NCBI GenBank assembly: GCA_048886685.1
Contig: JBHLKM010000003.1
Span: 192,001-256,000 of the forward strand
DNA length: 64,000 nt
Source: Candidatus Hodarchaeota archaeon
GTDB lineage: Archaea; Asgardarchaeota; Lokiarchaeia; Sigyniarchaeales; SOKP01
Reading direction: 5' to 3'
The notes below the pieces were generated by a model that was given only the letters and a program-made list of their open reading frames with translations, was not told the origin of the DNA and made no database searches. How positions within the stretch are numbered: position 1 is the first letter of the stretch; every line of letters begins with the position of its first letter. Below are positions 10,279 to 21,900 of this stretch, one piece after another. The position numbers and the translations under genes are program-made.

Positions 10279-11580
10279 ATGCCAACTGATAAGCCTCATT
10301 TGAACTTAGTAATTATTGGGCATATAGATCACGGTAAGAGCACTATGATGGGTGCTTTACTCATCGAAACTGGTGCGGTAACAGATAGAGAAGCTCGTGA
10401 ATTAGAAAAACTTGCTAAAGAATATGATCGAGAATCTTGGTCTTATGCTTTCGTATTTGACAAGTTAAAAGAAGAACGACAGCGAGGAATCACAATTGAT
10501 TTAGCTTTCCGCAAATTCGAAACTCCGAATCGATATTTCACTATTATTGATGCACCAGGTCATGCAGACTTTGTCAAGAACATGATAACTGGCGCCAGTC
10601 AGGCCGATGCCGCAATCCTCGTCGTATCTGGGAAGAAAGGTGAAATGGAGGTTGGAATTGCTGCGAATGGGCAAACCCGTGAACATGCATATTTAGCACA
10701 AACCTTAGGTGTAAAGCAAATAGTTGTTGCGGTAAATAAAGCTGATATTTATGATTATAGTGAGGATCGTTTTAATGAAGTTAAAGAATCTGTTGGTGAT
10801 CTTCTAAAAAACATAGGTTTTCGAGTAAAAGATGTACCATTTGTACCTACTAGTGGTATGGCAATGGAGAACTTATCAAAAAAGAGTGATAAAATGCCAT
10901 GGTATGATGGTCCAACCTTAATTGATGCAATCGATAAATTCGTACTTCCTGAAAAGCCTACTGGTAAACCCTTAAGGATTCCAATACAGGATTCTTATAG
11001 GATTAAGGGAACTGGCGTTGTACCTGTAGGTCGAGTAGAAACAGGTATTCTGAAGAAGGGTGATAAAGTTGTAATTAATCCAACAGGTTTTCAGGGTGAA
11101 ATTCGAACGATTGAAATGCATCATGAGGAAATCCCCCAAGCTGAGCCAGGTGATAACATAGGTATGAGTATCCGTGGAATTACTATGCAGGATGCGAGTC
11201 GAGGAGATTGTATAGGACATCCTAGTGATCCTCCTACTGTAATCACTCCAAATGGAAAATGGACTGGACAAATCATAGTAATCTGGCATCCAACCGCTGT
11301 AGCGCAAGGTTATACTCCAGTAATTCATGCCCACACAGCCCAAGTTGCCGCAAGATTTGCAAGCTTGGTTAAAAAATTAGATCCGAAAACTGGTGCTGTA
11401 ATTGAGGATTCTCCTAAGTTCTTAAAAAGAAATGAAACCGCTATCGTTGAGTTATCTCCTATTAAGAAGATGTGTCTCGAAAAATATGAAGTAATTCCAG
11501 AAATGGGTCGATTTGCTGTAAGAGATATGGGACGCACCGTAGCGGTCGGAATAGTTAAGGATCTTGACACCGGAGCATAA
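10279..11580 (+). CDS. tuf: elongation factor 1-alpha
   Basis: GHIDHGKST, ERQRGITID, DAPGH, NKAD, GRFAVRDMG.TVAVG. Confidence 0.97.
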   Translation: MPTDKPHLNLVIIGHIDHGKSTMMGALLIETGAVTDREARELEKLAKEYDRESWSYAFVFDKLKEERQRGITIDLAFRKFETPNRYFTIIDAPGHADFVKNMITGASQADAAILVVSGKKGEMEVGIAANGQTREHAYLAQTLGVKQIVVAVNKADIYDYSEDRFNEVKESVGDLLKNIGFRVKDVPFVPTSGMAMENLSKKSDKMPWYDGPTLIDAIDKFVLPEKPTGKPLRIPIQDSYRIKGTGVVPVGRVETGILKKGDKVVINPTGFQGEIRTIEMHHEEIPQAEPGDNIGMSIRGITMQDASRGDCIGHPSDPPTVITPNGKWTGQIIVIWHPTAVAQGYTPVIHAHTAQVAARFASLVKKLDPKTGAVIEDSPKFLKRNETAIVELSPIKKMCLEKYEVIPEMGRFAVRDMGRTVAVGIVKDLDTGA

Positions 11581-11586
11581 AAAACC

Positions 11587-11615
11587 TTTTTTTTTTGAAC
11601 TTTTTTATTTTAAAC
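11587..11615 (+). terminator. oligo-T archaeal terminator-like tract after EF-1alpha
   Basis: T runs immediately after the stop codon. Confidence 0.5.
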
Positions 11616-11784
11616 TTATTTTAATTGAGACTTTTTTGAAATTTTTTTTAATTAACTTCTGAATTCAGTTTTGCTTTATCTTTATTATATATTAGAATAT
11701 TCCCATGATATAGGAATATTATTTTAATTTTTGAAGCTTAAATCACCTTTTCTTAGTAAGAAGATTCTAATAAGGGAAGGTTGA

Positions 11785-12267
11785 TTGGAAGTACTCTCGA
11801 CAAAAACGAAAATATGTTTTGTAGGGCAAAATGGAGTTGGAAAATCTTCATTGTTATCATTACTTCAAGGAAGGAAGATTTCAAAGAAAATAAACCCAAC
11901 TGTTGGGTTAGAAATACAAGATTCAGTATTAAATGGAAGTAAAGTCAATATTTGGGATTTTGGGGGTCAAGAACGTTTTAGATTCATGTGGCAAGATTTT
12001 TTGAAAGGTGCAGGATTAGCAGTTCTAGTATGCGATTCTACTGAAGATAATATCGAAAAGACACGAGAAATCTATAGTAAGTTTTCACGTTATATCGGTT
12101 CAAAAATAATTGCAATAGCAAATAAACAAGATCTTCCTGATGCCTTAAGTGCTGAACAAGTTGAAAAAAAATTAGGCATCCCCACTTATGGAATGTCTGC
12201 GATAAGAGTAGATCTACGTGGAAGAATTAGGCGCATTTTAGAATATGAACTTGATAATAACAAATGA
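11785..12267 (+). CDS. Arf-like small GTPase
   Basis: GQNGVGKS, PTVG, WDFGGQERFR..W, ANKQD, SA motifs; TTG start. Confidence 0.88.
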   Translation: MEVLSTKTKICFVGQNGVGKSSLLSLLQGRKISKKINPTVGLEIQDSVLNGSKVNIWDFGGQERFRFMWQDFLKGAGLAVLVCDSTEDNIEKTREIYSKFSRYIGSKIIAIANKQDLPDALSAEQVEKKLGIPTYGMSAIRVDLRGRIRRILEYELDNNK

Positions 12268-12275
12268 TTGAACAC

Positions 12276-12836
12276 TCAAAACAATTTTCCAATTAAGTGG
12301 GCAAGGCGAAGACACTCTGGTAATTTAGAATCAATACTGCTCTTTTGTATTAAGAATTCTAATTCAGAAAGCTCTATACCTTTTAAATGAAAATATATAT
12401 TTGAGAATCCGCCTGCAGTTTGGATTCTGGTTTTGTATAAATTTCCAGCATTTACTATACATTTGATTTTTTCCTTGTAATGTTCTGGAAATTTTTTAAT
12501 TAGAGCATTGATAACAGAATCGAGATTAACACTTTGATCATTAAATGCAATTATGGGTTTTTTCAGTTCATTGTAAATTCGTTCAAGGTTAATGATATTG
12601 AAACCTCCGAATGTAATTGTATGGGTCATTATATATTGGATGTGTTTCTCATTTTGTCGTACAAGTTCAATTAACTTCTCAGTTGCATTATTTCCATCAA
12701 TATCAATTTCTGTTCTAATTACATTTACCATCCTAATACCTTGACAGACAACTCCAATTAATTGAGTTGTTTTAACTCCAGATTTAAAATCGAAGGTTGA
12801 ATCATCTATTCCAATAATAATAGGATTTTCTTTCAT
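12276..12836 (-). CDS. DUF99 / endonuclease V-like family protein
   Basis: IGIDDS, ITFGGFN, PECLRLAH; probable ATG start at 12836. Confidence 0.82.
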   Translation of the reverse strand: MKENPIIIGIDDSTFDFKSGVKTTQLIGVVCQGIRMVNVIRTEIDIDGNNATEKLIELVRQNEKHIQYIMTHTITFGGFNIINLERIYNELKKPIIAFNDQSVNLDSVINALIKKFPEHYKEKIKCIVNAGNLYKTRIQTAGGFSNIYFHLKGIELSELEFLIQKSSIDSKLPECLRLAHLIGKLF

Positions 12837-12840
12837 AATG

Positions 12841-13293
12841 TTATTTCTTAGGCAAAAATTCTTTAATATAATTAAAAAATATAGTAAATGCTTCTGTAGC
12901 ACTCGCTATTTCTTCATTTCTAACATTTAAATCTCCACTTAAATTCTCTGATAGGTAGTTAATTATATCATCTATAGTAATTTTCTTACTGAGCCAGGCA
13001 TAGGCGACTAAGGCTTCAGCTGTATCAGCAAAATCATGCGCATCAGCACGGGTTTTTGCGAAATTTTTCATATTAGCATTTTTCAAAGCATTAGCCAAAA
13101 TTTTTTTACTAACTTTTACTCCAGTTCTCAAAATTTTGTTATTTGGGCTGTTTTTAGTCAAATATATTGATTTTGCCATGGAATAAGTAAGATTTACGAT
13201 TCCATCTCCTATTTTTGCTAACCCTTTATCTGTCCCTATCGCTTTTTGGGATTTATTTAGGTCTAGATCTTTAATTAAAAACTCATAATCCAT
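12841..13293 (-). CDS. archaeal RNase III-like domain protein
   Basis: GLAKIGDGIVN...AD.AEALVAYAW. Confidence 0.7.
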   Translation of the reverse strand: MDYEFLIKDLDLNKSQKAIGTDKGLAKIGDGIVNLTYSMAKSIYLTKNSPNNKILRTGVKVSKKILANALKNANMKNFAKTRADAHDFADTAEALVAYAWLSKKITIDDIINYLSENLSGDLNVRNEEIASATEAFTIFFNYIKEFLPKK

Positions 13294-13351
13294 TAATTTA
13301 AGTTGAATTATGGCATCTTATAAAGTTTTCATAAAAAGATTATAAAAGTAG

Positions 13352-13852
13352 TTAAGTAAGTTTTTGAAAGAGTTTTTGAACCTCAATTACTTCCTCCCTA
13401 AGAGATTCAATTGCTTCATATAAGATATCTTTGATTTTATACTTTTTATCGGGATCAAGGCGGATAAATATTTGGGCTGGTACTATACCTGTTACTTTAT
13501 ATGCTGCCGCATTAACACCCTCAATATTTAATAGATGCTTGACCAGAATATTACAGAAACCATGGGATTGACCTTCAACAACAAGTTCATAATCATTCTC
13601 ACCGACTATTTTAGTTAAATTTAATTTGAGGTGCTTATAATCAGGAAATCTAGCTTCTTCTTCTATTTCAAATTCTTCCTCTGGAAGTACATCAATATCA
13701 TCATCATCTACTGAAGAAGAAACAACCTCCTTTTCTTTTTTATCATTAACTTCAGGATATTCACCTATATCATCATCGAGTAGATCATCTTCTAGGTCAT
13801 CTAAATCTTCTTCATCTTCATCTTCTGGTTTCACAGCTTTTTTCTTAGCCAT
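13352..13852 (-). CDS. rpoL: RNA polymerase subunit L (Rpo11) with acidic N-terminal extension
   Basis: EGQSHGFCN.L...L....V.AAAY resembles the Rpo11 GEDHT.GN.L motif; usual csl4-rpoL neighbourhood. Confidence 0.75.
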   Translation of the reverse strand: MAKKKAVKPEDEDEEDLDDLEDDLLDDDIGEYPEVNDKKEKEVVSSSVDDDDIDVLPEEEFEIEEEARFPDYKHLKLNLTKIVGENDYELVVEGQSHGFCNILVKHLLNIEGVNAAAYKVTGIVPAQIFIRLDPDKKYKIKDILYEAIESLREEVIEVQKLFQKLT

Positions 13853-13940
13853 CGTAAAAACTCCAAATAATTAAGAATTGATAATAAGAAATATTTAAAC
13901 TAAAATAAAATTTTTATGGTTTTGTAGAAAAAGTCAAATT

Positions 13941-14159
13941 TTATAGATATTGATTGGCTAGGTCTTTTAATCTTTCAGTTGCAAGATTTTGAAGATCTCG
14001 TGAACCAAATAAAGTAATCTTTATGCTTTTTCCCTCAACACTTGCATTTAAATTGAGATAGTTTATCTTTTTTTGCACATTTTCAAGGAATTTAATTATA
14101 TTATCTAAAGAACCACTATTATTGTGGAAATGAATGACTTTTTTACCTTCTTTTTTCAA
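13941..14159 (-). CDS. small hypothetical protein between csl4 and rpoL
   Basis: 72-aa ORF co-oriented in the operon, TTG start. Confidence 0.6.
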   Translation of the reverse strand: MKKEGKKVIHFHNNSGSLDNIIKFLENVQKKINYLNLNASVEGKSIKITLFGSRDLQNLATERLKDLANQYL

Positions 14160-14215
14160 ATCTAAACACTTTATAATGGTTGTTATAAAAAAATATTGAG
14201 TTAATTTAAAAAAAG

Positions 14216-14827
14216 TTAAAATCTTAAAGGTTCAGATACATTCCTATAGTCATTTGCCAGTTTTCTTGTCTCAGTATTACCACATCTTTCACACCTTAAC
14301 TTATTATAACCAATTTTATCCAGCGGAGTTCCACAAATAACACAATCTGCATAAATTACTCCAAAGTCCTTCCCGCTAGTACTTAAGTTATATTCATTAT
14401 AATTTAAGCTTATTACTCGAGCTCTTACAATATCAGTAATTTGAAAAGCATCTTGTATTTTTTCGATATATCTATCCGAGATTTGAGATACATGGATATT
14501 ACCAAAATAACCTGAATTAAAATGAATTTTATTATTAATAGTATAAAAGTTTATGCCAACTGAATACTGTCGTAAAAATAAAATAGGGCCAATGACGATG
14601 TCTCCTATTTTTACGATTTTTCGGTCTTTTTCTTGATGAGTTTTTATTTCAATTTTTCTTTTTTCGTTGTCCATATCAATAATTCCTGATTTAGTTGCAT
14701 ATATTTGTCCATCTTTAACAAAGGTTGATTGTTTATCAGGTAGAAATTCCTCAACTACTCCAAGATATTGACCTGTTAACACGATATCGTCATTATTTAA
14801 AGATTTTTTATCCAATAATATCAACAA
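14216..14827 (-). CDS. csl4: exosome RNA-binding protein Csl4
   Basis: GQYLGVVEEF, S1 domain, C-terminal C..CG...C..CG.TE.RK.A. Confidence 0.92.
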   Translation of the reverse strand: MLILLDKKSLNNDDIVLTGQYLGVVEEFLPDKQSTFVKDGQIYATKSGIIDMDNEKRKIEIKTHQEKDRKIVKIGDIVIGPILFLRQYSVGINFYTINNKIHFNSGYFGNIHVSQISDRYIEKIQDAFQITDIVRARVISLNYNEYNLSTSGKDFGVIYADCVICGTPLDKIGYNKLRCERCGNTETRKLANDYRNVSEPLRF

Positions 14828-14929
14828 TAATCTTATAATTTCCCAATTTCTTTCTATTTTAAGTAAATAGTATTAAATAAAATAAATAAATTTAATGTAT
14901 TAATTATAAAAGAGTAAACATTTTTACGG

Positions 14930-15580
14930 ATGAAAATCAACAAAAAAGAATTAATCTCTATCATCCAAAACACTGAACCATTTATTAAACCTAAAATTGA
15001 ATTAGAACAATATTGTATTGATGCCATTAGTGCTGTTGATATAATAATGTTTGCCGGTTTTGAATATAATGATATTGATAATAAATTTATTGTTGATCTA
15101 GGCTCAGGAACAGGAAGATTATCTATAGCAAGTACTTACTTAAATGCTAAATCAGTTTTAAGTGTTGATATAGATATTAGCGCTTTAAATATTTTAAAAA
15201 AGAACATTCATGCCCTGGGATTAAAAAATATCGTATTTCCTTTATGTGCAAATGTAAAAAATCTTGAATTTTCAAATAAGTACCTCTTCAACAATATAAA
15301 AATTACAACAATAATGAATCCTCCTTTTGGTGTTAAAAAAAGAACTGCTGATCGCATTTTTTTAGAAAAGGCATTCTCCTTTTCAGATGTTGTTTATTCT
15401 ATTCATCTAGCTGGAGAAAAGGTTTTTAGGTTTATCTCAAAATTTTGTGAGAGATTTGATTGGCATATTGATAATTTCTTTCCTTATAATATGAGTCTAG
15501 AAAGAACCTTCCAATTTCACACGAAAAAAACTAAGGTTATTGATGTAAATGTATTTAGATTTGTAAAAAATGGAATATAA
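14930..15580 (+). CDS. METTL5-like SAM-dependent N6 methyltransferase
   Basis: LEQY, DLGSGTG, NPPFG. Confidence 0.88.
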   Translation: MKINKKELISIIQNTEPFIKPKIELEQYCIDAISAVDIIMFAGFEYNDIDNKFIVDLGSGTGRLSIASTYLNAKSVLSVDIDISALNILKKNIHALGLKNIVFPLCANVKNLEFSNKYLFNNIKITTIMNPPFGVKKRTADRIFLEKAFSFSDVVYSIHLAGEKVFRFISKFCERFDWHIDNFFPYNMSLERTFQFHTKKTKVIDVNVFRFVKNGI

Positions 15581-15604
15581 ATTAATTATGTGTTGAGTAA
15601 ATGC

Positions 15605-16909
15605 TTATTGAAATTTTTTCCATGAATCTAAATATTCTGGATACATTGCTTTATTTCCTAGCATCTCTTCAATTCTAAGAAGTTGATTAAATTTTGCACA
15701 ACGGTCACTTCGGCACGTGGCTCCTGTTTTAAGCTGACCTGTACAAAGTCCAACTGCTAAGTCCGCAATGAATGGATCCTCAGTTTCTCCCGAACGGTGC
15801 GATACCATAACATTAAATCCATTATTGAAGGACATCTTACATGCATTTATTGCTTCTGTAAGAGAACCAATTTGGTTGACTTTTAATAGTAAAGTGTTTC
15901 CCGCTTTTTCATTTATAGCTTTTTCCAAAATTTTTATATTAGTTACCGTTAAATCATCATCAACAACTTGCATAGTCTTATCAATTTTAGCAGTTAGTTT
16001 AGCAAAGCTCTTAAAATCTTTTTCATTAAAAGGGTCCTCAATCGATTTAAATGGATACTCCTGAACTAGATCGAGATAATATTGTAATAACTCTTCTTCA
16101 CTTAATTTTTTTCCATCAATGTTATAAATCCCATCTTCATAAAATTCACTAGCTGCTGCATCCATTCCTAAAACAAAATCAGTACCCATTAAAAAACCTG
16201 CTTCTTCAATAGCTTCAATTATAATATCAACTGCTTCGGATGTTAAAGAAAGGTTTGGGGCGAACCCTCCCTCATCTCCAACATTAATTGCCGATGGCCC
16301 ATATTTTTTAGCTAATAAGATTTTTAACGTCTGGTATACTTCAGCTACATTCTGAATAGCTTCTGAGAATGATTTAGCACCTATAGGAAGGACCATAAAT
16401 TCTTGAATTGATAAATTATTTCCCGCATGTTCTCCTCCATTGATAATATTGCAGGATGGCAATGGTAAGAGATAATCTTGTCTTGTCTTATTAAATGCTA
16501 AATTATGAATATGAGCATATAATGGTATATCGGATAAATCTGCAGCTAATTTAGCAACTGCTAATGAAACAGATAAAATAGCGTTAGCTCCTAAATTACT
16601 CTTATTTTCAGTTCCATCAATATTTATCATCTCTTCATCGATTTTTGATTGTTCTCGCACATCAAAACCTAACAATTTTTTACTTAGGATCTCATTAACA
16701 TTTGCTACTGCTTTTGTGACATGTTTACCCTTAAAAGCTTTTCCACCGTCCCGCAATTCAAGTGCTTCTAAAACGCCAGTAGATGCACCAGAAGGAACAG
16801 CCGCTCTCGCGTACTTTCTTCTAGCATAGACCTCTGATTCTACAGTGGGATTTCCACGTGAATCTAAAATCCATCTTGACTTTATATTTGTAATTTTGAA
16901 TTCAGTCAT
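15605..16909 (-). CDS. eno: enolase
   Basis: [33 protein letters not shown]. Confidence 0.98.
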   Translation of the reverse strand: MTEFKITNIKSRWILDSRGNPTVESEVYARRKYARAAVPSGASTGVLEALELRDGGKAFKGKHVTKAVANVNEILSKKLLGFDVREQSKIDEEMINIDGTENKSNLGANAILSVSLAVAKLAADLSDIPLYAHIHNLAFNKTRQDYLLPLPSCNIINGGEHAGNNLSIQEFMVLPIGAKSFSEAIQNVAEVYQTLKILLAKKYGPSAINVGDEGGFAPNLSLTSEAVDIIIEAIEEAGFLMGTDFVLGMDAAASEFYEDGIYNIDGKKLSEEELLQYYLDLVQEYPFKSIEDPFNEKDFKSFAKLTAKIDKTMQVVDDDLTVTNIKILEKAINEKAGNTLLLKVNQIGSLTEAINACKMSFNNGFNVMVSHRSGETEDPFIADLAVGLCTGQLKTGATCRSDRCAKFNQLLRIEEMLGNKAMYPEYLDSWKKFQ

Positions 16910-17013
16910 AAATATCCTATATATTTTTTTTCTAGATATGAATATTAATAAGGAATTAAGAAAATTTAATTCTTAATATAATCTAATATAAATTAAATTT
17001 ATCTATAAAAAAA

Positions 17014-17985
17014 ATGACTCTTGAGAATAGGCCTTTCGTAGAAAAATATCGTCCTAGATTTTTGGATGAAGTGGTAAATCAAAAAGGAATCATTAAACGG
17101 TTGAAACAATTTGTTAAAGATAAATCCATGCCTCATCTTATTTTTGCTGGTCCAGCTGGTACGGGTAAAACCACTTCTGCGTTGGCAATGGTTCGAGAAT
17201 TATATGGGCGAAAGATGGCAGTGAATAGAACCTATTTAGAATTGAATGCCAGTGACGCGAGAGGTATCGATGTCATAAGAACATTTATTAAGGATTTTGC
17301 TAAAGCACGACCATCAATAGATATTCCCTTTAAAATATTGATATTAGACGAAGCAGACAACATGACATCCCCTGCTCAACAAGCTTTAAGGAGAACAATG
17401 GAAAAATATACAAAAAATTGTCGGATGATTTTAATCTGTAATTATTCAAATAAAATCATTCCACCTATTCAATCAAGATGCGTTGTGTTTCGATTTTCAT
17501 CCTTAAGTAATAAAGATATCAAGAAAAGAGTGAATTATGTTGCAAACCAAGAAAAGATTATTTTAACTCCTGGAGGCTTAAATGCATTAGTAGATGTTTC
17601 TAGAGGAGATTGTAGACGAGCTATAAATTACCTACAATCCTGTGGCACAATCTCTAAGAAAATTGATAACGATATTGTCTTTAGAGTTGCTGGAGAAGTT
17701 CCTCCTGAAAAGATAAAAGATATTTTAAAAGCTGCTTTAGAAAGCCAATTACAATTATCAATCAATTTACTTAACGATTTAATTAATGATTACGGGCTCT
17801 CAGGACAAAATATTATTAAAAATATTTATAGAGAAATATACGACTTGAATGTTTCTGAAGATATGAAAATTGAACTAACCAAACTTTTGGCTGAATTTGA
17901 ATATCGTCTTAGCCAAGGTGGAACAGAAGAAATACAGCTACAGGCGTTATTAGCCAAAATTGTGATGTTGCAAGAGGTTGAATAA
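17014..17985 (+). CDS. rfcS: replication factor C small subunit
   Basis: EKYRP, GPAGTGKT, ELNASD.RG, DEAD, SRC; no intein. Confidence 0.96.
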   Translation: MTLENRPFVEKYRPRFLDEVVNQKGIIKRLKQFVKDKSMPHLIFAGPAGTGKTTSALAMVRELYGRKMAVNRTYLELNASDARGIDVIRTFIKDFAKARPSIDIPFKILILDEADNMTSPAQQALRRTMEKYTKNCRMILICNYSNKIIPPIQSRCVVFRFSSLSNKDIKKRVNYVANQEKIILTPGGLNALVDVSRGDCRRAINYLQSCGTISKKIDNDIVFRVAGEVPPEKIKDILKAALESQLQLSINLLNDLINDYGLSGQNIIKNIYREIYDLNVSEDMKIELTKLLAEFEYRLSQGGTEEIQLQALLAKIVMLQEVE

Positions 17986-18798
17986 TTGATGTTTGAAATT
18001 AAAATAAAACTTCCTTTTCAAGAAAAAACTTTCCATTCTTTCCTTAGATTTAAAATCCTCTATTAAATTAACTTTTTCATCATAAACAACGTCCCATAAT
18101 ATTAATCCCCTTGGATCAGCAGGTTGATATGAAATATTCTGCGAGGAATCAAATAATTGAATGAAATCATCTAACAAGATTTCACCCATACCTAACTCTA
18201 TGACTTTCTTTACCATACGACGAACTTGTTGTCTTAAGAATGCTTTACTTTTAAATTGAAAAATAATAAAATCAGCTTCAATTGATAAATTTACTGAGTT
18301 CATATCTCGTTCAGTATTTACTTCACTCTTATCCCTTTTCGAGAAATTGACAAAATCATGTCGTCCTTCTAAGAATCGACAAGCATTATGCATGGCTTCT
18401 ATATTTAAAGAGTTATTTTTTTGAAGATACGATAGAGGTGTAGGAACAAGATATATATAATGGCGTAATATCGCATTATACCGAGAAGAGAAATTTAGAG
18501 GTACTTTTGTATAAGCCCAAATCCCTATCTCATTGGGTAAGGCTGAATTAATTTCCATTAACACTGGCTTTTTCTCCAATATACAAGTAAAACATGCACC
18601 TCGTGCAGATACAAATCTATCTGTTCTGCTCGCCGCTTCAAATCCTGAGAGTCTAATGTTTTGAATATATTTTTTTTTCACCAATGCTCTTAAAATACAT
18701 TCTTCAATAGATAAAAAATTAGATTGTCTTTGAGATCCAAAAAATTTGGATTTTCCTATATAATACATTTTCAAAAGATATTTACTTTTTTCCATCAT
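17950..18798 (-). CDS. truA: tRNA pseudouridine synthase TruA
   Basis: GSQRQ, SRTD..VSA, G.HDF.NF, FLRQQVR; probable start 18798. Confidence 0.9.
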   Translation of the reverse strand: MMEKSKYLLKMYYIGKSKFFGSQRQSNFLSIEECILRALVKKKYIQNIRLSGFEAASRTDRFVSARGACFTCILEKKPVLMEINSALPNEIGIWAYTKVPLNFSSRYNAILRHYIYLVPTPLSYLQKNNSLNIEAMHNACRFLEGRHDFVNFSKRDKSEVNTERDMNSVNLSIEADFIIFQFKSKAFLRQQVRRMVKKVIELGMGEILLDDFIQLFDSSQNISYQPADPRGLILWDVVYDEKVNLIEDFKSKERMESFFLKRKFYFNFKHQLFNLLQHHNFG

Positions 18799-18995
18799 TA
18801 ATAGAACAACTTTATTTAACGTATTAATTAAAGAAGCCAAAAATCCAAAATATTTTTATTTTTTTTCTACAATTTTGCATTTTACAATGTGTTAGATTAA
18901 AGAAAAACATTTTAATCTGAAGCATATTTTTTATATTCAAAATTTAATTATGGTTTATAAATTACCAATTTTATTAAAATTTTAAATGAAATGTT

Positions 18996-21900
18996 ATGGT
19001 AAAGATCGTTGCCTCACTCAGAAATTTCCGTGATCGTATCAGAACCTCAATAAGTATAAAAACCCAAAATGTATTGTTTTTCTTCGCAATTTTTTTGGTT
19101 ATATTCTTAGCTATACTATTAAGGATTAGTCCAATAATTAGAGGCCCACGTTTAATTAAAGCTTTTGATCCTTGGATACAATGGTATAATGCAGAATATT
19201 TATCAGAACATTCTTTATATGAATACTTCTCATGGCATGATTTTAAGAGCTGGTATCCAAATGGATTTTACCGTGGAACTCTACGTCCAGGTTTGACCTT
19301 TACTGTTGTAATAATATATAAAATACTAACCTTTTTTGGTATTCCTATCTCTCTCTATGACATTTGCTATTTCTTCCCCGCAGTTATGGGAGGTTTAACA
19401 GTTTTAGTCATTTATTTCTTAGGAAAAGAAATTCTTGATCGAGGGACTGGATTAATTGCTGCTTTTTTCCTAGCCTTTAATCCGGGTTATATGCAACGTA
19501 CAATGGTAGGATTTTTTGATAATGAAACAATCGGCGTTTTTGCTTCTCTGTTGACATTTTTATTTCTTCTAAAAGCTATAAGAACTGGAAGATTTTTATA
19601 TTCCATTCTTAGTGGTCTTTCTTTAGGCTATTTGTCTCTAAGTTGGGGGGGGTATCAATTTGTGTATTTGATTATCCCACTACTATGTATTATATTAATC
19701 CTAATTGATAAATACAATGAAAATATACTAATTTCTTATGCTGTTGTTGAAGGAACTGGGTTGTTAATTTTCTCTTTATATACAGGTTTTAGATATGATG
19801 CTCTATTTTCAGATTTAGAAACAGGCGGCATTTTTCTATTTACTATTATTTTAATTATATTTCATATAATACAAACAAAAAGAGTGGAACACCCATCTTT
19901 ATATAAGAGTATATTAAATGCTGTAAAGTGGGGTTTTATACCCGTTTTTTTAATTGGTGCAATAATTATATGGACTGCTCCTGATCTGCTTCCTTTTGGT
20001 TTTGGTGCAAAATTTCAAACAATTCTTAACCCTTTATTTCGAGATGAAATAAGTCTAGTAGCTTCAGTTGCTGAACAGATGCCAAGTCCGTGGAGCGTTT
20101 TTTATTATAATACTTTGATTCCATTAGTTTTAACACCCCTTGGAGTTTATTTCTGCTTCAAAGTGTTAAATGCCCCAGAAATTTTTCTAATAACATTTGT
20201 AATCCTAATGTTTTATTTTACAGGGAGTATGATTCGGATCATATTAATATTTTCACCTGCAGTTTCTTTGATGGGTGCATATGGATTAGTAAGTGTATTA
20301 AAAATCTTTGGTAGCTTTTTAGGGGACAGGAGAGAAGGTATTAGTAGAAAACGCAAAAGACAATTAAAAGGCACAATTGGGAATTCTGAAATTCTTGCGA
20401 TTTTCATGATTGTTGGGTTTTTAGGAGTTGCTCAAATTGTTCATGCATCTGACATTTCGATTGACCAGTTTTCTTATACACAAATATCACCGGCTGGTGT
20501 TCTTCACGATTGGGAAGAATCTCTCATGTGGATGAGATCTAACTTAGAAGGAACGGATGTGGTTGTATCTTGGTGGGATTACGGCTATTGGCTTACCCCT
20601 ATCGGTAACGTGACCACAGTTAATGATAATGCCACCATGAATTCAACTAGAATTGGTTTAACGGGTATGGCTCTAATGCAGACCAATGAAATTTATAGTG
20701 CAAAAGCATTTCGTAGGTTGAAAGCAGATTATGTCTTAGTATACTTTGGATTAATGATTAGTGGCTTGGGTGGAGATGAAGGGAAATGGCCTTGGATGAT
20801 AAGAATTTGTAATGATAATTATGCAAGGTATAAAGCTCGTGGTATGGAGGAGGATAATTGGGGTGAAGATTTTGTATTTAATGAAAGTTCGTACCAAGAT
20901 CCCAATACCGGAAGAATGTGTCCTAATTGGTTTAATAGCCAGCTGGTTAAATTGATGTTTTCTTCGGCTCCTGAATTAGGATATTACCTGCCAACGAATC
21001 GGGATGAAGTACAGAGAGAAGATATAAGGTGGACCTATGTTAATACGATTAACAACGAAAATAATCCTACTTGTGAAGGTGGAGTATGGAAAGACTATAT
21101 CCCAGACAATGGATTATACGATTACAACATATTTATTCCCACATATATCTCATCTACAGGCTTAGTGAAACTTTTTAAACTTGACTATACAGTCTTAGAA
21201 TCAAGTTTTACAATACAAGAAGCGGAGGTTTTTGAAAACGGATATGCTACATTCAAACTCACGAATACTGGTACGAAAGATTTGACTATAAAAAGTGTAA
21301 AGATTAATGGAACTGATTATGATTTTGTGATAAGCAATAGTGCCGAAATTAATAAAATTGAGAATGGTGCTTCAGAGATGGTTTGGGTTGACATTAAATC
21401 GAAAGGTACAACTTTTCAAAAAAATGATGTAGTAAATATTGATGTAACTGCTGAATCGGTAGCATTACAAGGAAAAAAATATGAATTTTCAAATGCTACT
21501 AAAAATTTCTTTGTAAAAGTACCAGCACAAGGTGCTATAAAAATTAATAAAGAAAATAGTTCGATAATCCAAAAAGACCTTTTAACAACAGATATATATC
21601 TTGAAGTAGAAAACTACGGAGAATCGATTGAAGTCTTAGAAAGATTTTATTTAAACGAGGATACTATTGAAAATGAAATAAATTCTAATAATATTGAATA
21701 TCTTAGTGGTTCATCTATATTAAAACCAGGGGAAAAAGCAGACATATATATAAATGACATAAATGTTATTGATTTTGATTCTGTTGAGATTATGGGTACT
21801 AACTTGTATGTTTCTAAAATTGGGGTTGCAACCCCTAATAATGTAAGTGATGAGGTATTATTTAGCTCAACTCTGGAAAATTATTCGATCTCTATTTTGA

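Noticed and set aside
10501-11570. Antisense and alternate-frame ORFs over EF-1alpha, and similar ones over PCNA-region, GRE, ABC, aIF5B and HAD genes
   Set aside because: They are shadows of well-supported genes with no motifs of their own.
17950-17985. 36-nt convergent overlap of rfcS and truA
   Set aside because: Short 3' overlaps are common in compact genomes; another occurs at 59806-59811.
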